From contig RFSG01000004.1 in assembly GCA_009924095.1 (NCBI GenBank), forward strand, positions 1 to 53,336: a DNA stretch of 53,336 nt, in the 5' to 3' direction. A program made the translations under genes and the position numbers. Positions within the stretch are counted from its first letter, which is position 1; each line of letters begins with the position of its first letter. Under the pieces are notes generated by a model that ran no database searches, was not told the DNA's origin, and saw only the letters and a program-made list of their open reading frames with translations. Source of the DNA: Sphingobacteriia bacterium (lineage in GTDB: Bacteria > Bacteroidota > Bacteroidia > J057 > RFSG01). This document shows positions 19,789-29,665 of the stretch, piece after piece.

Positions 19789-20772
19789 TTAAGAGGCTAA
19801 CATTTCCCCGAGATTAATTAATTCGGTGCGAATACGTAATTCATGTTGTATTGCTTGAATGAATGGGGTAAATACCACTTCTCCATTGATTAATCCTGCC
19901 ATTTCATTAAATCTTCCGGCCATAATTCCTTCTACGGCAGCGGCGCCTAGTCTTCCGCCGAGCACTCTGTCAAAGCAGGTTGGGCTCCCCCCCCGTTGCA
20001 TGTGGCCGAGCACAGATACTTTAATCTCGTAATGCTGAAAACGTTCCTTTACTTTATTGGCTATTTCATAAGCCCCACCGGCATCATCTCCTTCTGCAAC
20101 AATGATGATACTGGAAGACTTTTGGCGTTTCCATCCGGTTTCAAGTTTGGTGATTAAATCCTCCAAATGCGTCGGGATTTCAGGCACCAAAATAGCTTCT
20201 GCCCCTGAGGCCAATCCACTCCAGGTAGCGATAAATCCTGCATCTCGCCCCATAACTTCTACAAAGAACAAACGATTATGGGAATCCGCAGTATCTCTAA
20301 TTTTATCAATCGCCTGCATGGCAGTATTAACCGCAGTATCAAACCCTAAGGTAAAATCGGTACCGTATAAGTCATTGTCAATGGTTCCCGGAATTCCGAT
20401 ACAAGGAATTTGATGTTCGCGATAAAAAATTTCCGCTCCCGTAAAAGTTCCATTTCCACCGATGGCAATTAAGGCATCTATTTGATGATTTTTTAATTGC
20501 TCTGCTGCCATTTTTCTACCTTCGGAGGTCATAAAACGTTGGCTCCTGGCTGATTTTAAGATAGTACCCCCCCTTTGAATAATATTCGATACCGAATGAG
20601 AATTCAGGGGTTGAATTAATCCTTCAATTAGTCCATCATACCCTCGAATAATTCCAGATACTTTTAAGCCATGGAATAATCCAGTACGAACCACAGCTCG
20701 TATACAAGCATTCATTCCTGGAGAATCTCCCCCAGAGGTAAATAAAGCAATATGGGCAATTTTTGAATTCAT
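19789..20772 (-). CDS. pfkA: ATP-dependent 6-phosphofructokinase
   Basis: TSGGDSPGMNA, PGTIDND, EVMGR, LGHMQRGG. Confidence 0.96.
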   Translation of the reverse strand: MNSKIAHIALFTSGGDSPGMNACIRAVVRTGLFHGLKVSGIIRGYDGLIEGLIQPLNSHSVSNIIQRGGTILKSARSQRFMTSEGRKMAAEQLKNHQIDALIAIGGNGTFTGAEIFYREHQIPCIGIPGTIDNDLYGTDFTLGFDTAVNTAMQAIDKIRDTADSHNRLFFVEVMGRDAGFIATWSGLASGAEAILVPEIPTHLEDLITKLETGWKRQKSSSIIIVAEGDDAGGAYEIANKVKERFQHYEIKVSVLGHMQRGGSPTCFDRVLGGRLGAAAVEGIMAGRFNEMAGLINGEVVFTPFIQAIQHELRIRTELINLGEMLAS

Positions 20773-20836
20773 GCCTCAATATTAACACCTTATTAGATTA
20801 TGTATTAATTAATTTAATTTGACTGTGACTATCTCT

Positions 20837-20844
20837 TAATTTTG
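20837..20844 (+). promoter_or_regulatory. Bacteroidota -7 promoter element TAATTTTG
   Basis: Exact consensus followed by CAC, 14 nt upstream of ATG 20859. Confidence 0.6.
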
Positions 20845-20858
20845 CACTCGAAATTTGT

Positions 20859-21428
20859 ATGATAGACACCGAACCCTTTTATGGTTGGCTGCATTGGTAT
20901 GATCCAGAGAAGGATGAATTATCTCCTTTTTATGGAGTAGAACATAATTTATTTCAATTTGATCGGAAGATTTATAATTTACCAACACATCCTTTATGGG
21001 AAGATATTGATTCCGAAAGTTTATTGGTTAAAATATTATTTGCCGATTATACCCAAGGATTTGCAATATTGGAATTAATTGGAGAATGGAACGATTTACA
21101 TTTTAATGATTTTCGATTATTAAGAGAACATTGTTTAGATTTATTAGGAGCAGAAGGGATTTTCCGATTTATTTTAGTCTGCGAAAATGTGTTTAATGTG
21201 TATGTTTCCTCAGATGATTATTATGCCGATTTTCATGAAACCTGGGAAGAAGGCTGGATTTTTTTACTGCGTGCCCGGCCCATCGTTCTGCAGGAATTTA
21301 TGCAATATGGAATATCTGCCTGGTTAGGCTGGAGTGCAGAAATAGATGAATTAAACTGGAGAAAATATTCCCCCGAACAATTGTATGAATTAATTCAGAA
21401 AATAATGCAAAAGTATTATTTGGGATAA
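20859..21428 (+). CDS. Conserved hypothetical protein (Bacteroidota-type)
   Basis: 189-aa ORF with its own promoter; EPFYGW...D..SPF, HP.W, ELIGEWND motifs; function unknown. Confidence 0.75.
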   Translation: MIDTEPFYGWLHWYDPEKDELSPFYGVEHNLFQFDRKIYNLPTHPLWEDIDSESLLVKILFADYTQGFAILELIGEWNDLHFNDFRLLREHCLDLLGAEGIFRFILVCENVFNVYVSSDDYYADFHETWEEGWIFLLRARPIVLQEFMQYGISAWLGWSAEIDELNWRKYSPEQLYELIQKIMQKYYLG

Positions 21429-21438
21429 TTATTATTTC

Positions 21439-21474
21439 AAAAAAAAGGGAAACTGCTGAATTTCAGTTCCCCTT
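21439..21474 (-). terminator. Rho-independent terminator of bcp (between convergent genes)
   Basis: Minus strand AAGGGGAACTG-loop-CAGTTTCCCTT followed by a U-run. Confidence 0.7.
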
Positions 21475-21537
21475 ATGGATGGGTAATTTTATAAATTTAA
21501 TCTAATTATTAAATCCTTACCGGAATTAAAGAAATAA

Positions 21538-22002
21538 TCAGGAAATTAATTTTAAAATCTGCTCTGTATGATTTTCTACATCCACTTTTTCAATCACATG
21601 AGAAATAATACCTTTTTCATCAATTAAATACGTAACCCGTGCAGTTCCCATATATTTTTTCCCATACATGTTTTTTTCTACCCAAACTTTGTATGCATTT
21701 ACAATATCATGTTCGGTATCTGCTAATAACGGAAAGGGTAAAGAAAATTTATGAATAAATTTTTGATGTGATTTTTCATCATCTACACTTACTCCAAATA
21801 ATTTTATGCCTTTTTCGGTTAAGGCAGAATAATTATCGCGGATATTACAGGCTTGTTTGGTACATCCTGGGGTATCGTCTTTGGGATAAAAATACAATAC
21901 TACTTTAGAGCCTTTTAAAGCGGAAAGGGATTGGGTTTGTCCATCTTGATCTTTAGCAGAGAAATCAGGGGCTTGGGATCCGGGGGTTAAATATTCTGGC
22001 AT
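21538..22002 (-). CDS. bcp: Thioredoxin-dependent thiol peroxidase (BCP)
   Basis: YFYPKDDTPGCTKQAC. Confidence 0.93.
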   Translation of the reverse strand: MPEYLTPGSQAPDFSAKDQDGQTQSLSALKGSKVVLYFYPKDDTPGCTKQACNIRDNYSALTEKGIKLFGVSVDDEKSHQKFIHKFSLPFPLLADTEHDIVNAYKVWVEKNMYGKKYMGTARVTYLIDEKGIISHVIEKVDVENHTEQILKLIS

Positions 22003-22055
22003 ATAGAAATGGTTTTAGGTAATTGAAAAGTTTACAAATTCAAGTTAAACAAAGT

Positions 22056-23993
22056 TCAATTCAAAATAGAATAATTTGCGGTTGCTGAATTGCCTGCTTT
22101 GTCCCAAACTTGAATAATAAGGGAATATTTACCCTTCGGCAGGGCGGAATACGGAATTTTATATTCTTCGGTTCGGGCATCTAAAATTACAGGTATCCAT
22201 TTTTCACCGGCCATAACCTGTGTTTTTTCATCTGCTAATCCGGCATCTCTATCACTTACTTTAATTCGAATGGGAACTTTGGAAGATATGGGAATACCTG
22301 GTTTATAATTAATAAATTTAATTTCAGGACTTAAAGTATCACACACTAAAGCATAATTCCCCCATTCTTGTAAGGAAATAAAGAAACTATCCTGTGCAAA
22401 ATAGGTACCTTCTTTTTTCTTAAAACTCGAAGTTGCATTTACCTTAGAAATGTAACATTGGTTACTATCTAAATTTATTAATGGAGTACGCATGGATAAT
22501 GTTATAGGTCTAATCAGAGGTTCCTCCGCATTTCCTATTTTCCAGGATGCGCCTATGGTATTCAGAATTGTGGGCATCTCTTTTATTTCTAATGCAAAAG
22601 TGTCTGCCAAACTTTTGGGTGGAATATTCAAGGATAAATTTCCGTGTTTCCAATAAGTATGTTCTAGAGGATTAATAATTTTTACGATAGATAAGGGATT
22701 AGATTTAATTCCACTGGAGTGCTGAAATATTTTTGGAATTATTGAGTCATGAATATTAATATCCCAGATTATTTCATTAGAAATAATTCGGTTCGGAGTG
22801 CCTAATTTAAGAATTGAATTTTGAGTTGTTTTCATTTCCCAATGATTCGCCAATTCAGCAGAAGCAGGGGAGACCCTCAATTGTATTAGGTTGCGCCGGA
22901 TAGTAGTTGAGACAAAGGGTAGGTCTGAATTAGGTTGAAAAATATATTCTTTTACTAAGATTGCTTTTTTTAAGTATCCTTTAATTTCAGATTTATTTCC
23001 AAATTTATCTTCCAATTTTATTTTATAGATGTGCACTTGAGGATCATTAATCTGAATTCTACCTGAATAAAAGGGCGATGCACATGAATTAAGGGTAATG
23101 CCCGGTTGTGCAAAACATTTTTGCCATTTATGTTGGGTTAATTGGAATTCGGGATAATCTATATGTGCATTTATTTCTCGTTTTTGATCAAAATTAAAAC
23201 TATCAATTCGAGAACAATAAATTAAAGTGTCATCCAGAAATAATTCTATATAAGGCATATTAAAGGAAAAACCCTGAAATTTTATTTTATCAATAGCTTC
23301 TATTTCAATTCCAATATTTCCAGTAATGGAGAGCGTATCTGAAATATAATATTGTCCTGCTTTTCCAAGAGGTTTTTTAAATAGGGCTTTATCTTTTCCA
23401 TTAATTTCTGCACCTACGCCTAAGGGAATAAAACGAACGCCTAAGGGTTGAGGTCGGATAGTATCTTTAAATAATTTAGCGTAATAATTTAGCGGATTTA
23501 TAATTTGCGGTTCTTCGGAACGAATTTCAAAATGTAGATGAGGACCACCAGATTGGCCTGTGTTTCCAGAATAAGCTATTAATTGACCTTTATAAATTGG
23601 AAAAGAATTAGGGGAAAGATACCAATCTACTGGCCCTTTTTTTTCTAATTGTTGGCGATTAAAAATGCTATCTGAAATAGAAGCAATAAAAGAATTCAGA
23701 TGGGCATAAACACTTATGTTTCCAGTGGGATGATAAATATATAAAGTGTTACCAAATCCCCAAGGACTAACTCTTATTCGATATATCCAGCCATTGGAAA
23801 TTGAATAAATCGGAATACCAATTTTACTTCCGGTTCTAATATCTATTCCAGTATGGAAATGATTATTTCTAAGATCTGCAAATCCTCCGGATAAATCGGG
23901 AATATTTTTAGTTGGGAATCCCCAGGAAGGTTGGGCAGATAAATTAGCAGATAAAAATAAGAATAGAAAAATCCATCTGAATTTACCGAACAT
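22056..23993 (-). CDS. M23 family metallopeptidase with long C-terminal extension
   Basis: Signal peptide, HFHTGIDI (HxxxD), YAHL, GPHLHFEIR (HxH). Confidence 0.88.
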   Translation of the reverse strand: MFGKFRWIFLFLFLSANLSAQPSWGFPTKNIPDLSGGFADLRNNHFHTGIDIRTGSKIGIPIYSISNGWIYRIRVSPWGFGNTLYIYHPTGNISVYAHLNSFIASISDSIFNRQQLEKKGPVDWYLSPNSFPIYKGQLIAYSGNTGQSGGPHLHFEIRSEEPQIINPLNYYAKLFKDTIRPQPLGVRFIPLGVGAEINGKDKALFKKPLGKAGQYYISDTLSITGNIGIEIEAIDKIKFQGFSFNMPYIELFLDDTLIYCSRIDSFNFDQKREINAHIDYPEFQLTQHKWQKCFAQPGITLNSCASPFYSGRIQINDPQVHIYKIKLEDKFGNKSEIKGYLKKAILVKEYIFQPNSDLPFVSTTIRRNLIQLRVSPASAELANHWEMKTTQNSILKLGTPNRIISNEIIWDINIHDSIIPKIFQHSSGIKSNPLSIVKIINPLEHTYWKHGNLSLNIPPKSLADTFALEIKEMPTILNTIGASWKIGNAEEPLIRPITLSMRTPLINLDSNQCYISKVNATSSFKKKEGTYFAQDSFFISLQEWGNYALVCDTLSPEIKFINYKPGIPISSKVPIRIKVSDRDAGLADEKTQVMAGEKWIPVILDARTEEYKIPYSALPKGKYSLIIQVWDKAGNSATANYSILN

Positions 23994-24594
23994 GAAAATC
24001 TAATATTTTCTCTCCAGATAAATATCCTTCTAAATGATCTCCAATATTTACTTTTCCTACCCCTGCAGGGGTTCCCGTAAATATTAAATCACCGGTTTTT
24101 AATAAAAAATATTTAGAAATAAAGCTGATCAAAAATTCTATGGAAAATATTTGATCTTGTGTATGTCCTATTTGGCGGGATATTCCATTTACTTTTAATT
24201 CAAAATGAATATCCTGCAAGTTGGAATAATTGGCAATAGGACTAAAGGTGGAGATGGGCGCTGACCCATTAAATGCTTTCGCAAGTGTCCAGGGTAATCC
24301 TTTTTGTTTTGCATTTTCTTGCAAGGTTCTTGCGGTAAAGTCTATTCCTAATCCTACACTATCAATATAGGTAGTAGAGAAAGAGGGTTGAATGTTTTTC
24401 CCTTCTCTACAAATTCTATACACCACTTCACATTCAAAATGAATTTCAGGATCAAAATCAGGTAGATAAAAATCTTCTCCGGGTTTTAATACGGCGGTGT
24501 CAGGCTTTATAAATATTACAGGTTCAGTAGGAACTGGGTTATGAAGTTCCTTAGCGTGATCGGCATAATTTCGGCCAACACAAATAATTTTCAT
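23983..24594 (-). CDS. Fumarylacetoacetate hydrolase family protein
   Basis: KIICVGRNYADH, HFECE, DFTAR, GDLIFTGTPAGVG. Confidence 0.93.
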   Translation of the reverse strand: MKIICVGRNYADHAKELHNPVPTEPVIFIKPDTAVLKPGEDFYLPDFDPEIHFECEVVYRICREGKNIQPSFSTTYIDSVGLGIDFTARTLQENAKQKGLPWTLAKAFNGSAPISTFSPIANYSNLQDIHFELKVNGISRQIGHTQDQIFSIEFLISFISKYFLLKTGDLIFTGTPAGVGKVNIGDHLEGYLSGEKILDFHVR

Positions 24595-24703
24595 CGGATA
24601 ATTAACATTAATTAATTCACCTGTAAATTAATGGAATTAATTAATAATTAAAAAATCAGACTTATTCAGAGGATAATTAAAAATCTAGGGTTGAATAAAT
24701 AAA

Positions 24704-26440
24704 TTAGCTAAGTTGAGTAGCCAATTTTCGATATTCCGCAAGTCCATATTCCATTAATTCCAGGATATAGGCATGAGAAAAATCAAACCGAATACCTGCA
24801 GCAGCATATACTTCGGGGATGGTTCGGGTATATCCTAAACGTAATGCATTTAAATAATCGGAAATGGTTTGATCTGGATTTTCCTGAAATTTTTTCCAAA
24901 TAGCCAATGCACCTAATTGAGCGAAACCATATTCGATATAATAAAATGGAACCTCATAAAGATGTAATTGTTTTTGCCACAATTTATCTAAAGATTTGTC
25001 GAGGTCTGTCCAATCCGTAAACTTTCCTTGGAAGCGATAATATAAATTTCTCCAAGCTTCATCTCTTTGTGCGGAGGTATGACCTGGATGGGTGTACATC
25101 CAATGTTGAAAGGCATCAATGGTGGCAATCCAAGTTACGGTAGAAAGGGCATCGAGTAGATGTTCAATAAGCGCAACATTTAATTCCCGTGGATTAGGAT
25201 AAAACACTGACCAATATTTTCGGGTAAGAAACTCCATGCTCATGGAAGCAAGTTCTGCGATTTCACTGGGGGTTTCTTTGAAAGCTTGTAAGGGTAAGGA
25301 ATGGGTTACCAAAGAATGAATGGCGTGTCCTCCTTCATGCATTAACGTTGCAACATCATGGTCGCTTCCGGCTGCATTCATAAAAATAAAGGGTACCCCA
25401 GTTTCAGCTAAAGGGTAGTTATATCCCCCTGGAGCTTTTCCTTGACGAGAATCTAAATCTAGATGCCCCATGGTTTTAAGGACATTTAACATTTCTCCTA
25501 AATCAGGGGAAAGCAAACCAAATATTTCAATGCCTTTATCCGCAAGTTCTTTCCCATTTGAAAAGGGATGTAAGGGCGTATCGCTATAAAGTTCTACTGC
25601 CAAATCCCAGGGACGCGTGCGGGTAAGATTTAATATTGCAGCTCTTTCTTGTAGAAGTTGTTGATTAATAGGCGTGATTACTTTCTCAACCGAGTCGTGA
25701 AAAGTAAAACAATCTTGGAGAGTATAATCAAATCTGCCTAATTCCTTAAACTTATAGACAGCATAATTTTCAAAGCCTGCTTGTAATGCTTCTTGATGAC
25801 GACGTTTAAGGAGTTGATCCATCAAGTCATCCAGGCGTTGGGAGTCTTGAAGCCTTCGTTCTGTCATTTTACGCCAAGCGTTTTCCCGAAGGCTTCTGTC
25901 CTTGTTTTTCATCAGGCGAGCTGCCTGTTGTAGCGTAAGGGTTTGTCCTTCCCATTCAATGCTCATTTCCCCATTAATCACCCCAAATTGTTGGGCGAGG
26001 GTAGAAATCTCGGTTTGTAATGGAATGTTTTCTTCCCGAAAAAGTTCAGTAGCTGTTCGGATATTTCGAATCAAAATATGCCATTCGGTCTTTTTTTCTA
26101 ATTCTGAAAGTCCGGGAAATGCCAATAACTTTTGATGTAGTTTTTCAGTAGTTAAGCTAAAAACCGGTAAAATAGATTGAATGATAAATTCATAGGCTTT
26201 TTGTTTGGCTTCATCCCGGGTATCGCAGGTAGAATCAATATATCTTTTGGCCATTTCTTCCAAAACACAGCAAACCACTTCATTCCAATCTTGAATCCAT
26301 TGATGAAAAGAAGCATCATCAGATAGTGGTCTATCCACTAAGGGATAGACCACCGATTCAAGTTGTTCAACAGTTTGGAGTTCAAAAGATAGGGGTAGAT
26401 ACTTCCGACTGGATTTGAGGGAGGGGACAAAAAATGGCAT
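24704..26440 (-). CDS. M3 family oligoendopeptidase F
   Basis: GKAPGGY, HEGGH (HExxH), AELASMSME, PFYYIEY. Confidence 0.92.
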   Translation of the reverse strand: MPFFVPSLKSSRKYLPLSFELQTVEQLESVVYPLVDRPLSDDASFHQWIQDWNEVVCCVLEEMAKRYIDSTCDTRDEAKQKAYEFIIQSILPVFSLTTEKLHQKLLAFPGLSELEKKTEWHILIRNIRTATELFREENIPLQTEISTLAQQFGVINGEMSIEWEGQTLTLQQAARLMKNKDRSLRENAWRKMTERRLQDSQRLDDLMDQLLKRRHQEALQAGFENYAVYKFKELGRFDYTLQDCFTFHDSVEKVITPINQQLLQERAAILNLTRTRPWDLAVELYSDTPLHPFSNGKELADKGIEIFGLLSPDLGEMLNVLKTMGHLDLDSRQGKAPGGYNYPLAETGVPFIFMNAAGSDHDVATLMHEGGHAIHSLVTHSLPLQAFKETPSEIAELASMSMEFLTRKYWSVFYPNPRELNVALIEHLLDALSTVTWIATIDAFQHWMYTHPGHTSAQRDEAWRNLYYRFQGKFTDWTDLDKSLDKLWQKQLHLYEVPFYYIEYGFAQLGALAIWKKFQENPDQTISDYLNALRLGYTRTIPEVYAAAGIRFDFSHAYILELMEYGLAEYRKLATQLS

Positions 26441-26450
26441 CAGTATATGC

Positions 26451-27206
26451 TTATAAAAACAGATGAAAAGTATCTCCTCGCAATCCTAAACGAAGGGTTT
26501 CCAAAGGAATCACTTCGTTCGGTGAGATATTTCCGAGATTAACTTCATTTCCTAAGGCTTTAATAAAGAAAACTTGTTGTTCTTTTTTAGGAGCTTCCCA
26601 TAAGATTTTTTCTTTTGGAATATTATGAAGAATTTCTTCAATTAATCCCCCTTTCACTTCTCCGGAGGATTGAAACACGCCAACATTTCCGCCTTCTCTT
26701 GCTTCGGTAATTACTTTCCAAGCCCCAGCTTCCAGCTCTTGTTTCATTTTTTCCACCCATTGATAAGGGGCTAAAACCTTATTGGCATCTTTACTTCCTA
26801 CTTCTGAAAGAACAGTAAAGTTTTGAGCAAATTCACGGATATATTTTAGCTTGTCTTTTTCTTCCATATCAATAGATCCGTCGGAAATTTCTACAAATCC
26901 CACCTTATGCTTTTCCATTAGGCGTTTATAGTCATCCAATTGATTACGAATCAAAAATGCTTCGAATAAGGTTCCACCGAAATAAAATGGAATTCCTGCT
27001 TGTTGATAAACTGCGATCTTTCGATCTAAATCCCCAGTTACGTAAGAGGTGGCCCAGCCTAATTTGATTAAATCGGTGTAGGCTCCCGCTACGCTGATAA
27101 AATCCTCAGCTTCTCTAGCGCTTAGACCTTTGTCCATAGCCATAGTAACGCCTGCAGATCTTGGTTTTGCGGATCTGTGCGGAACTTGTTTTAATTCAAA
27201 ATTCAT
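26451..27206 (-). CDS. comA: Phosphosulfolactate synthase family protein
   Basis: KPR..G.TM.MDKG, KLGW, GGTLFE, EISDG, SEVGSK, EAP, NLGNI, LETLRLGLRGDT. Confidence 0.9.
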   Translation of the reverse strand: MNFELKQVPHRSAKPRSAGVTMAMDKGLSAREAEDFISVAGAYTDLIKLGWATSYVTGDLDRKIAVYQQAGIPFYFGGTLFEAFLIRNQLDDYKRLMEKHKVGFVEISDGSIDMEEKDKLKYIREFAQNFTVLSEVGSKDANKVLAPYQWVEKMKQELEAGAWKVITEAREGGNVGVFQSSGEVKGGLIEEILHNIPKEKILWEAPKKEQQVFFIKALGNEVNLGNISPNEVIPLETLRLGLRGDTFHLFL

Positions 27207-28618
27207 TTTCTTTGATATTGTTGGATTAGCGCAAGAATAGAAGAATCCTTTTTGAGATCAGGAAATTGTTCAAACATAAATGGAAATTTAGAGATATCCA
27301 TTAACAAAGCGTTTTCAAGATATACCATTCCTTCTTTTGACCGTCCTAAATTGAAGGATAATCCTGCAAATAAATAGAACAGTTCAGGATATTCCGGATT
27401 TAAGGTGATGGCTTCCTGAACCATATCCCTTGCATTTTCAGTTTTTCCTTCTGCTTGTAAAGTTTGCGCCCAATCAATCCACATCCCTAAATCGGAAGGG
27501 TTCAATCGAATGGCTGTTTTAAGTGCATCATAAGCGGACTGTTCATTTCCCACTTCATATTCACAAAAAGCAAGACTCAGCCAGGCGTCAAAATTATTTT
27601 CATCTAACCCGGTAACTTTTCTGTAGTAGTGAATGGCTTCAAAATGCCGGTTTTCTTGTTCGAGCGTATATCCAATTCCATAAATGGCATCTGTCATTTC
27701 AGGAGAAAAGGAAACACATTTGCGATAATAAAACCTGGCGGTGGAGTAATCTTCTAATTGTTCGTAACAATCAGCAATTGAAAATAAGATTCCCGTATCT
27801 GTTTTATCTTGTTGAAGGGCATCAATAAAAACTAAAATTGCTTCTTCAAATTTTCCTAATTCCGATAAAGAACATCCTTTATTGTATAGCGCTGAACTAA
27901 AATCTTCCCGAATGGCTAAGGCATAATCATAAGCATCGATAGCTTTTTCATGTAGCCCTGTTTTCGAAAATAAAATTCCTAGATTATACCAAACAGCCTC
28001 TGAATAGGGAGAATCATCCAAAAATTTTAAATATTCTTCTATGGCAACCTCAGGTTTTCCATCCATTTCCAAACAATACGCCATTTCAAACAAGGCATCT
28101 TCATAGGTAGGAGAAATTTGAATCGCTTTCCTATAATGTTCTACTGCCTCTGGAAAACTTTGGATAGAATGATAAATTAATCCTAATTGATAATAAACTT
28201 CCCCAGGGAAATCGCTATTGTCGGCAACTTCTTTTAGCAAACGAATCGCTTGGCTGGAAAGCCCTTGAGAAGATAGAATTTGAGCTTTATGTAATAGATA
28301 AGGGGTAAACTCTGGTTGTACTTTTAAAGCATTTTCAATATTTAGTAACGCTTCGGAATAACTTCCTAAATCAAATAATAATCCTGACCTTTTAAACCAA
28401 AGGTCATCTTCATGAGGATGTTGAGAGATAGCAAAATCTAATAAACGGATTCCTTTTTCGAAATCTCCATTTAAGCGATAGAAGTGAAAAATCTCTTCAA
28501 TTGTATTAAGGTCGAAAAACAATGATTGATGGTTATCAAGCATTGATTCAAATCTTTGAGCCTCTTCTCTTGCTTCTTCACTGAAGAAGTCATCAGCAAA
28601 ATCATCAAAATCTTCCAT
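27203..28618 (-). CDS. Tetratricopeptide repeat protein
   Basis: Tandem TPRs (e.g. AVWYNLG...AIDAYDYALAI); ATGA overlap with comA. Confidence 0.9.
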   Translation of the reverse strand: MEDFDDFADDFFSEEAREEAQRFESMLDNHQSLFFDLNTIEEIFHFYRLNGDFEKGIRLLDFAISQHPHEDDLWFKRSGLLFDLGSYSEALLNIENALKVQPEFTPYLLHKAQILSSQGLSSQAIRLLKEVADNSDFPGEVYYQLGLIYHSIQSFPEAVEHYRKAIQISPTYEDALFEMAYCLEMDGKPEVAIEEYLKFLDDSPYSEAVWYNLGILFSKTGLHEKAIDAYDYALAIREDFSSALYNKGCSLSELGKFEEAILVFIDALQQDKTDTGILFSIADCYEQLEDYSTARFYYRKCVSFSPEMTDAIYGIGYTLEQENRHFEAIHYYRKVTGLDENNFDAWLSLAFCEYEVGNEQSAYDALKTAIRLNPSDLGMWIDWAQTLQAEGKTENARDMVQEAITLNPEYPELFYLFAGLSFNLGRSKEGMVYLENALLMDISKFPFMFEQFPDLKKDSSILALIQQYQRK

Positions 28619-28718
28619 AACCTACGGGGCAAATTCTCAATCTTGTTCTGTTGAAGTAACGAAATACAGGCGATTTACAATTGACAATCATCCACATAAA
28701 TGTTTATATAATTGATTT

Positions 28719-29630
28719 TCAGGTAGAATAAACTTTAGGCGAAGTTGGCTTTCGGGTAGTTAATGCAACTCCGATAAAAATTAATACTGCTGCCGCCAAT
28801 TTTAAAAGTGTTAAACTTCCTTGCCACAAGATAGCCGACATCAACAAAGTTAGGATAGGTTGAAGGTAAATATACATACCCACCCAAACCGGACTTACCC
28901 GAATCATAGCCCAGGCATTTAATAAGTAAGCTAATAAGGTAGCTCCAATAATCAGGAACCAAAGACCAAACAAAGCCTCAGGACTCAAATGGGCAACTTT
29001 TCCCATATCACCCGTGGTTAACCCTAAAACGATATTAATAGGTCCTCCTAACAAAAACATCCAAGCGAGGATGGTAACGGGTTTGTATTTACTGATTAAG
29101 GGTTTTACTAAAACTAAATACAATCCATAAGAAGCAGCATTTACTAGGATCATAATATCCCCTAACCAATTATCTCTCCCTGCACTTTTGCCTGCTCCTG
29201 CTTGCAGAATTAACCAGGTAGCTCCGGTTGTACTAATTATCAATCCAACAATATGTACCCAATTTATTTTTTCAGAACGGGCTAAGAAGAGATGATTTAA
29301 AACAAATACAAAAACAGGGGTTAACAGCATTAACACAGCCCCATGGAATTCAGAGGTCAGACTCAATCCCCACAGGAAAAATACTTGATTTAGGGTTATT
29401 CCAAAAATACCACAAGCGATTAGCCTCGGGATATCTTGACGTTCCACTTTTTCATGTCGGCTGAAAAACCTCCAAGCAAGTCCAAAAAACAAAAGACCAG
29501 CAAAAGAACGGAGAGCTAAAATTGGAAAGGGTCTCATTTCCAAGAACAATACCTTTACTGTGAAGAAATTGATACTATAAAACAATGCCACGGAAAACAT
29601 GGCGAGGTGCGGTAAAAGGTACTTTTTCAA
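28719..29630 (-). CDS. DMT/EamA family transporter
   Basis: About ten hydrophobic helices in two repeats; YIYLQP motif; TTG start. Confidence 0.88.
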   Translation of the reverse strand: MKKYLLPHLAMFSVALFYSINFFTVKVLFLEMRPFPILALRSFAGLLFFGLAWRFFSRHEKVERQDIPRLIACGIFGITLNQVFFLWGLSLTSEFHGAVLMLLTPVFVFVLNHLFLARSEKINWVHIVGLIISTTGATWLILQAGAGKSAGRDNWLGDIMILVNAASYGLYLVLVKPLISKYKPVTILAWMFLLGGPINIVLGLTTGDMGKVAHLSPEALFGLWFLIIGATLLAYLLNAWAMIRVSPVWVGMYIYLQPILTLLMSAILWQGSLTLLKLAAAVLIFIGVALTTRKPTSPKVYST

Positions 29631-29637
29631 TAGGTTA

Positions 29638-29645
29638 CAAATTTA
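29638..29645 (-). promoter_or_regulatory. Bacteroidota -7 promoter element TAAATTTG
   Basis: Exact consensus 7 nt upstream of the DMT start. Confidence 0.55.
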
Positions 29646-29665
29646 TGAAATCCTTCCATCAGGAT

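Noticed and set aside
20440-20470. PfkA GGNGT instead of GGDGS
   Set aside because: The ATP-specifying Gly positions (GGxG and PGTIDND) are intact; probably ordinary family variation.
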